This document shows positions 58,801-64,000 of a stretch of 64,000 nucleotides of DNA, piece by piece. The notes under the pieces are model-generated. The model ran no database searches and was not told the origin of the DNA. It worked only from the letters and a program-made list of their open reading frames with translations. Each line of letters starts with the position of its first letter. The stretch's first letter is position 1. The position numbers and the translations under genes were made by a program. The DNA comes from a virus. The stretch is taken from positions 1-64,000 of IMG/VR virus record IMGVR_UViG_3300035698_028866, one strand, 5' to 3'.

Positions 58801-61800
58801 GTCCGTCATTGGGAAGATATGAAGCTGGCCCCCTTTTCGCTGTACGTTTATCCCCGCACCCTTCAGCAGGTCAAAGAACTTCTGATGGACAAAAGGAATC
58901 CTGGGAAGTGAAGGCATGCGGCCCATTTTGAAGGCGTTCCACCAGTCTTCGTTCTTCTGGCCTCTTACGAGATGAGCGTCAGCTAAGACATCAATCGCCC
59001 CATGAGAAATAAATGCAGCCAACGCCTGTGAGCCTATCTTCTTGGCTGAGTCCGTGCCGGCGCGAGAAGGCGCTTCTTCAGAAGTATACTCAGCAAGACT
59101 TCGACCCTTAGCTTTCGCTTCTCCCATGTGATACAGCTTATACGCATAGGTCTGGCCCGTCCAAACATCCGGGATTACCTTCCCTGTCTCTGGGTCAGTA
59201 ATGTTCTCTGTAGCCTTTATGCCACTCTTCTGTGCCTCTCCAAGAGCAAACTCCATGATGCTTCCGTCTAAAAACGCGGGGACCTTGTATGGATTTCCTC
59301 TCTTCTTCGCCACCTTACCCAGAAGCATTGCCGCCGCCATAGAAGGATTGCCTCGAGTCTGAATGGAAAGGGGTGAGATCAAAAGCTCAAAAACCTTGCC
59401 TGAGGCATCCCTAGGCATCTTCTCATCCGGGATGACATCAGCAATGATAGAGTTACCAGACCAAAGAGTTCGTCCGTTCCGTCTAGTTAACAAGAGACCT
59501 CCACCTATGTCAACACAGTAAACCTTACCAGAATAAAGTTTTTTGTAGTATCGAAGCTTTTTCCTCGTTTCTATGTGTGTCTTACTCAAACTAAAATCTA
59601 AACGATAGATAGAGTATCCGGCACAACGTCCAGTTTTGGCTGTCTCCATGCTCAGAGAACAGTAAATTCCAAGAGACGCTGAAAGCTGCTGGAAATCGTC
59701 AGCCAGTTGTTTGGATACCGTGTCGTATCTTCCACCTTTATCTGAATACCAATATCCATCACCTTTGATCATGGTCTCCCAAAGAATTCTACGAATACTA
59801 ATGGATGTATTAAAAATCTCCTTTGGGATATGCTTGTCATATGCGCCCTTTAGATCCTGTAGGGCAAAGAATAACTGCTTAGAGTGTATTGCATACTTTA
59901 TCTCGTCACGATTGTGCTGAGAATATGTGTTATATCTCCAAGGGAGCTTTTTAAGCAACGCCTCAATCTCCCTACAATTCTGAGGATTAACTCTTGGAGT
60001 TTGACTAATTACTATCGTATATCCCCGACTATCTGAAATATTACCTTCAGTTATGACCCAGCCTAAAAATTCAGCCCAAAGCTCCATAGAAATTGCCTGA
60101 ACACTGTCTCCGTTTTGACGTTCTGATTGGCGTCCTGGAGGCATAGGAATTTCCTTGTGTGTTAGAGGAGACTCCGACTCATAACCCCAACCCGCGACAC
60201 TGTAGTCATAGCCAAGCTTTTCGTGGCATTCTTCCGCAGGAATGAACTCGTAATTGTCTCTACCACAACGTTGAGCATGCATTCTGTGGTTAGGAGTTAC
60301 GAGATAATCCAGACAGCCCCCACGGTAACCATACATTTCGCCCTCATAGTCATAGCTAAGATGCTCTTTTGGAGTGACAAATACCATCTTGTCATCTACG
60401 ACGGTCGCAACCCTGGAATCCTCATGCATATCCTTAAAAAGCTTCCAGCCACATTCAGTCAATATTTCAGTCTGGTCGTCGTGGCATTTGTGACCAAATC
60501 TTAAAGCCAGCTTATCAGCTTCTTCTGCAGGAGCCTTAGCCTTCACAAAAACTCTCCACCCACTCGGAGAAACCTGAGCATCAGTTACTACGCCCGGCCA
60601 GGCATGCTTCCATGTCACAGAAGAATCAGAGAATTGCCCCAAACCCTTACGCAGCTGATAGTAGAACGGTTTCTTCTCCCTCTCAGAAATAGAGAGTATC
60701 AACGGATCTCCCTCACTTACCTCAGTCCCGGGAAGGATCAAACCTTTATCTCCAATCCTGTCGAACTGCTTTCTGTTGTAATGGCTAGGGAAAGTGCTGA
60801 GGAACTTCTTCTTACCAACGAACACTCCCGGGTCTTTTGGAAGGTCATGGGAAAACAGGTGGATCGACGTCATCTTCTTAGCAGCACTCTCGCTTATTGC
60901 TGCAGCATCCTCGTATGTCTTGCTATAGGGAAGAAGCGCAACCTTAAGGTTCACACCCAGAGCGAGAGTTCCCTTATCCGAGGTAAAATTGGATGAAGCT
61001 ACAAGGTCTCCTTCTCGAACCACATCTCCAACGGCAACTCGAGCAGTCTGGTCTAGGCTAGTCTTGAGGTTGAAGGGATGATCCTTGTAGAGTTCTATCG
61101 TGTGATTTTTACCGTTGGCATCCTTGAGTATTATCTCTTCGTCGGAAACTTTGGCAATACGTCCCGAAACAGGTGCAGATATAGCCCCTGCTCGAGTTCC
61201 AAGAAACTCCTCATAGCTCCTCTTGGTTCCCGGCATAAGAGACTGAACGAGAGGAGCTTCGCGATATTCCAGAGGGAGTGCCTGCTGTGCCATCTTCGAC
61301 GCCATCAAGAGCCTTCCCTGATTGATACCAGAAATCATAGGTGTAAGCTCACTGGCAAGCGAGAACATCTGATTTTTATCAGGAAGGTAATAGTCTACAG
61401 ATTTCCCAGAAACATATGCCTGTTCGAAACCGTGGACGATAGCACTTTGAAGAGGCTTGTTTTCGTTGCCGGGGAAACCAATGATAACATTCTGAAGGTC
61501 CATATTACTAAGATACTCTTTTTTCCCTGTTTTGGCATTGATCATGGGCGCGAAGATCTCTCCCCTGTCATTCGTTTTCACGTTGTTAGCTGCGCGCATG
61601 TCAACACCCACGGTTGTGCTTTCACTCGTGCGGGACGGATCTATAAAACCCAAATAGCTAGGCTGGACAAACCTGGCTTCTTCTGGGATGCCCTGCTTCG
61701 AAGCTATGCCACCCTCTCCCATTCTAGTTAGCCTGAAAAGCTGATCCGTTATCTCTATGGGATTGATTTCAGAGAGAGGCTGAGCAAGACCACTTTTGAA

Positions 61801-64000
61801 CAGGAAGGACGCAATGAGTGGATCAAACATACCCCCAGGAACCCTATCCAGTTTACGGCGATTTGTAGCCTTCCACAGAAGCTTCCTAGCATTACCACCC
61901 CTGTCTTTTGCAAGAGCGTATCTGAGCAGGGAAGGCGGGGTATAGATCTTCTGAGCGTAAAGAGCATCCCTGGGGCTATAACGAGCCTCGCCGCGCCCTA
62001 ACTGGAGAAGGCGTGAGGACGCGGCAAGAAGAAGATTAGGAGTCACATTGCTTTCAGCCTTTCCCAGTGTTCGAAAGGTTATGTCCGGGTCAATATGATG
62101 TAAGGAGAAATACGACGTCAGCTTCTCCTGTGCATCTGCTGTATCAGTAGATCCAAAAAGACGATTCATCACACGAGAGAGAGCCCTTGGGTCGGATTTT
62201 TCCTTGTTGGTCTTATAGAGCTCATCCCCCCATGCGGTTTTCAGTTCATCATCTGAGATACCCAATGTCTGAAGTATAGGGAAAAGCTTCTGGTGCGCCT
62301 GTCCTATTCCAAGACGGAAAACACCTTCTTCTGGAGAGAAAAAGACTCTAAAGCCCCTTCCACCTTCTACGTTGAATGATGCTTCGATATCCCCTGACTT
62401 TGCTCTACGTGTGTAAACACCAGGACGGAGCCTCATCTGATTACAGTTTGATACTAGTATACCGTTGGCAACATAATTATGATTATCCTCTATGCGAATA
62501 TTGTATACAATCTTGCTAGCCTCCCAAGTTTTACCCTCTTTCCACTTAAATGAGGTAGGTATTTCTTCTAACTCGTTGTGCATCTCAGTATCTACCCTAA
62601 GAGCTTCAACCTTGGAACCAGCTACCTTGAGCGTATTTTCCCATGTTTCTACTCCTACTGCCTCTTCAGGAACAGTTTCTGACCTGAGAAGTGTTCGCAC
62701 AGCTCCAGAAGACCCAAACCTGTATCTAGCAGTTTTAGATATGCACGCTTGGCTAGACTCACGTTTAAGTAGACAAAAATTACATATCTCCCTATGTTTT
62801 GAAATTTCTTGGCCGCATTTACACACGCCAGTATTGGGCCTATTAAGAAGTTTATAGTGAAGACATTTTGGAAGATAGGGAGCTACTATTCTAAGCAGTT
62901 TTTGAGTAGCCTTTGCATGTAGAATAAGCACTAACCCTGTTCTACTTTTAGCTATATGAGAAGTCAGCCCCCATCTTTTTTCTATCCACCCTTTTAAAAG
63001 TTCTATGCCTTCTTTTGAGAAACCTTGCGTACAGAATATGGCCTCTGGCGTGTTATAGGGAGTTTGACGTCTACAAGATCCATCATCTCCAAACCAGAAA
63101 GCTAGACCCCTTTCGTCTATCTTATCCAACCACTCCTTACTTATAGTCTTTATTGAATTAGGATAGCATAATTGACTGGCTCTTATAATCTCACTGTGTT
63201 GTCTTAGTCTAAAATAAAAACTGACCTTAGAATTAATCACATGGCCTAAGCTTTCAGAATAACGACTACTCGCCGGCACGCGCTTAAAGCTCTGCATTAA
63301 GGGACTCAATATGTCCCGCTTTAACTGTAAATATTCTTTTTGCTTTATTGAATGACTGCAAGCCCACAAACCCGTGGACTGATCTATAGTTGCGTCCCCA
63401 AGTAAAGAACCATAAATGACCTGCTTTTGGGTCTCGGACAACTGTTTGCGAACTGCTGTCACGGTGGTGGCATGCTGTAAGTCTTTTTTTTCGCCAGTGG
63501 GGCTTACAACTTGATGAGTTCTAGTTCCCCAAAGAGTGCTGGGTTGACTAGTGCTTCCAGGCAAAAAAGCACCATTATTCTTAAATTTTGTATGCCCTAT
63601 ACCTTCCGGGGAATAATTTTTATACCAGCCTGTAATATGTTTAAGCTCAAAACACTCCTTCTTAAAATTGTAGGTCCATACTCGAATTTTTTTCTTTTCC
63701 TTAACAATCTTTCCTATAGAAATCATACCCTTCTCGGTCCATATCTGTGTGGACGTATGAAGACAGATGGTGTAATCATTCCCGGAGTAGATCAATGTCC
63801 CTCTATCGGTAAGATAAGGGACATGGGCCAGAATAGAGGTCTTTCGGTCTATGACGTCTTCTGTGGCAGCATCCCGGAGAACAAGATCACCATGCAGGGG
63901 ATAGAAGAGTGTCTGCCCCTTTGTTATGGCTTTGTACTCGTCCCTCTTACCGTATTTCCGCGGCTTGTATTTCAAGTTTTCCGCACTGAGAGTATACTGT
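55873..64000 (-). CDS. rpoBC: Phage RNA polymerase: beta fused to N-terminal half of beta', three inteins; 5'-partial
   Basis: beta motifs PYLTDRGT, NPIEI, GFIDPSRTSES, MASKMAQQA, YEDA, ADKLALRFGHK, YKLYH, KKIG; beta' motifs WGHINL, PVLPPAARP, NRAPTLH, GDFDGD; frame is open upstream of 63975 to the window edge. Confidence 0.95.
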   Translation of the reverse strand, partial: QYTLSAENLKYKPRKYGKRDEYKAITKGQTLFYPLHGDLVLRDAATEDVIDRKTSILAHVPYLTDRGTLIYSGNDYTICLHTSTQIWTEKGMISIGKIVKEKKKIRVWTYNFKKECFELKHITGWYKNYSPEGIGHTKFKNNGAFLPGSTSQPSTLWGTRTHQVVSPTGEKKDLQHATTVTAVRKQLSETQKQVIYGSLLGDATIDQSTGLWACSHSIKQKEYLQLKRDILSPLMQSFKRVPASSRYSESLGHVINSKVSFYFRLRQHSEIIRASQLCYPNSIKTISKEWLDKIDERGLAFWFGDDGSCRRQTPYNTPEAIFCTQGFSKEGIELLKGWIEKRWGLTSHIAKSRTGLVLILHAKATQKLLRIVAPYLPKCLHYKLLNRPNTGVCKCGQEISKHREICNFCLLKRESSQACISKTARYRFGSSGAVRTLLRSETVPEEAVGVETWENTLKVAGSKVEALRVDTEMHNELEEIPTSFKWKEGKTWEASKIVYNIRIEDNHNYVANGILVSNCNQMRLRPGVYTRRAKSGDIEASFNVEGGRGFRVFFSPEEGVFRLGIGQAHQKLFPILQTLGISDDELKTAWGDELYKTNKEKSDPRALSRVMNRLFGSTDTADAQEKLTSYFSLHHIDPDITFRTLGKAESNVTPNLLLAASSRLLQLGRGEARYSPRDALYAQKIYTPPSLLRYALAKDRGGNARKLLWKATNRRKLDRVPGGMFDPLIASFLFKSGLAQPLSEINPIEITDQLFRLTRMGEGGIASKQGIPEEARFVQPSYLGFIDPSRTSESTTVGVDMRAANNVKTNDRGEIFAPMINAKTGKKEYLSNMDLQNVIIGFPGNENKPLQSAIVHGFEQAYVSGKSVDYYLPDKNQMFSLASELTPMISGINQGRLLMASKMAQQALPLEYREAPLVQSLMPGTKRSYEEFLGTRAGAISAPVSGRIAKVSDEEIILKDANGKNHTIELYKDHPFNLKTSLDQTARVAVGDVVREGDLVASSNFTSDKGTLALGVNLKVALLPYSKTYEDAAAISESAAKKMTSIHLFSHDLPKDPGVFVGKKKFLSTFPSHYNRKQFDRIGDKGLILPGTEVSEGDPLILSISEREKKPFYYQLRKGLGQFSDSSVTWKHAWPGVVTDAQVSPSGWRVFVKAKAPAEEADKLALRFGHKCHDDQTEILTECGWKLFKDMHEDSRVATVVDDKMVFVTPKEHLSYDYEGEMYGYRGGCLDYLVTPNHRMHAQRCGRDNYEFIPAEECHEKLGYDYSVAGWGYESESPLTHKEIPMPPGRQSERQNGDSVQAISMELWAEFLGWVITEGNISDSRGYTIVISQTPRVNPQNCREIEALLKKLPWRYNTYSQHNRDEIKYAIHSKQLFFALQDLKGAYDKHIPKEIFNTSISIRRILWETMIKGDGYWYSDKGGRYDTVSKQLADDFQQLSASLGIYCSLSMETAKTGRCAGYSIYRLDFSLSKTHIETRKKLRYYKKLYSGKVYCVDIGGGLLLTRRNGRTLWSGNSIIADVIPDEKMPRDASGKVFELLISPLSIQTRGNPSMAAAMLLGKVAKKRGNPYKVPAFLDGSIMEFALGEAQKSGIKATENITDPETGKVIPDVWTGQTYAYKLYHMGEAKAKGRSLAEYTSEEAPSRAGTDSAKKIGSQALAAFISHGAIDVLADAHLVRGQKNEDWWNAFKMGRMPSLPRIPFVHQKFFDLLKGAGINVQRKGGQLHIFPMTDKDTESVSSGAIVNSLMLDQKTLKPVEGGFMSPTLGGASGDRWGHINLPMPVPNPSIEKPIAVLLGLKIKDVKNVFIGKEELRGQSGPGALYKALKNLNVKKRLTELRHGIDSLPVSKKNKAAQELKFLQVLDKYDIAPEELMLSKVPVLPPAARPITQVRGTPVISDVNYLYKDLFDLVKEYNDSKGEVPEDQLEKAKSQIYDGVKAIMGFGDPISKESQDKQLKGILHSIFGSSPKFSIIQGRILGRSVDTSGLAVITPNSNLTIDQVGLPERTAWKVYRPFILRELVRTGIAPTTATKEVEEKSKQARSALLRVIKERPVIINRAPTLHKFGMMSAFPLLTKGETLEIPPAITKAIGGDFDGDKQIGSVIFAADNDLLQTKNSELSVFISKNDGIVEIGLDLPNKIGSNTSSDTKPFSGDAKMAARFKTGLFGAKGHTFFYCDLKDFPHREKPVGQKEHITLYEAVNGTKVLAYDEKAKKVVLAAVSHWSVHEDKEIVLINLASGRQIFSDDDPRAVYGLDPADYQMNRFRPAEAVGMYVPRAQGASELPVAITEIPTGHNNRLRETVALDRQFGYLLGALIGDGWNTYHNGQLNGSVCFSALQPGIVERFKESLAAVFKDDPHVGHIVSGQTSYGKSEKYVVSSSEFADFLEGLIGKGAENKHLPSFYLLTPRDFRLGLVEGLIDTDGSVSLCNEKIRKSPQLMANYTSKSLQLIREIQNLLRSLSVGSRVTTTKTPKGLPFWCLNIYTSGLKTLNPDLCCKSNKEALEKGTVRKYSDKDVIPMSNAFARYLRSLAGTGMKSLYFRLSSAITAGHMRRDIALAIIEEMDSMVEGSYWNNFKAMTQNEDILWDRVVGYEETGKQETGYDLTVPGYETFMNIEGLILSNTMMFHVPASEAAVKDSYKMLPSRNLFNPKDFNVMYLPLAEFLQGVYLASGRKKGPARSFATSDAALKSYRQGKIRVDQPVRILGT
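56131..57705 (-). mobile_element. Atypical intein (about 525 aa) with LAGLIDADG endonuclease, directly after DFDGD
   Basis: Ends GYDLTVPGYETFMNIEGLILSN, +1 Thr; GYLLGALIGDG and GLIDTDGS; N-terminal boundary inferred from restoring DFDGD-TMMFHVP. Confidence 0.85.
59452..60486 (-). mobile_element. Intein (345 aa) with LAGLIDADG endonuclease in the beta catalytic-lysine motif
   Basis: Starts CHDDQTEILT, TPNH, FLGWVITEG, MIKGDG, ends RRNGRTLWSGN, +1 Ser. Confidence 0.93.
62446..63765 (-). mobile_element. Intein (440 aa) with LAGLIDADG endonuclease in the beta N-terminal region
   Basis: Starts CLHTSTQIWT, TRTH, YGSLLGDA, FWFGDDGS, ends HNYVANGILVSN, +1 Cys. Confidence 0.93.

Noticed and set aside
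55873-64000. Interpretation as a bacterial chromosomal rpoBC locus
   Set aside because: No ribosomal-protein context, strong divergence, split beta', lost zinc sites and surrounding capsid genes point to a phage

Overview
A 64-kb segment of a large, apparently lytic tailed dsDNA phage (jumbo-phage-like). Essentially all real genes are on the minus strand, in the standard code, with strong AAGGAG ribosome-binding sites. In transcription order (right to left): (i) a 5'-truncated phage multisubunit RNA polymerase gene fusing beta to the N-terminal half of beta', with three inteins; (ii) blocks of K-x-A-motif-rich putative virion proteins; (iii) two islands of small, paralog-rich accessory genes (about 50.75-54.0 kb and 31.2-46.7 kb), each opened by the same CTTAAT-N17-TATAAT promoter and closed by a terminator with the same 17-bp tail; (iv) an NDT-like gene, cysD-cysN and two alkaline-phosphatase-superfamily genes; (v) the separately encoded C-terminal half of beta' with a mini-intein; (vi) a head module (intein-containing prohead protease, scaffold, decoration protein, major capsid protein, collagen-like fibres); (vii) a metallophosphoesterase, then a REC-domain/lipoprotein/neck/collagen-fibre/holin-like operon. 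The most notable inferred system is a shared N-terminal leader ending near a K-x-A site on at least six otherwise variable cargo proteins, suggesting capsid targeting plus protease release. The RNAP split/fusion and an intein with no evident N-terminal nucleophile directly after DFDGD are also unusual. All functional calls come from reading motifs by eye; no searches were run.
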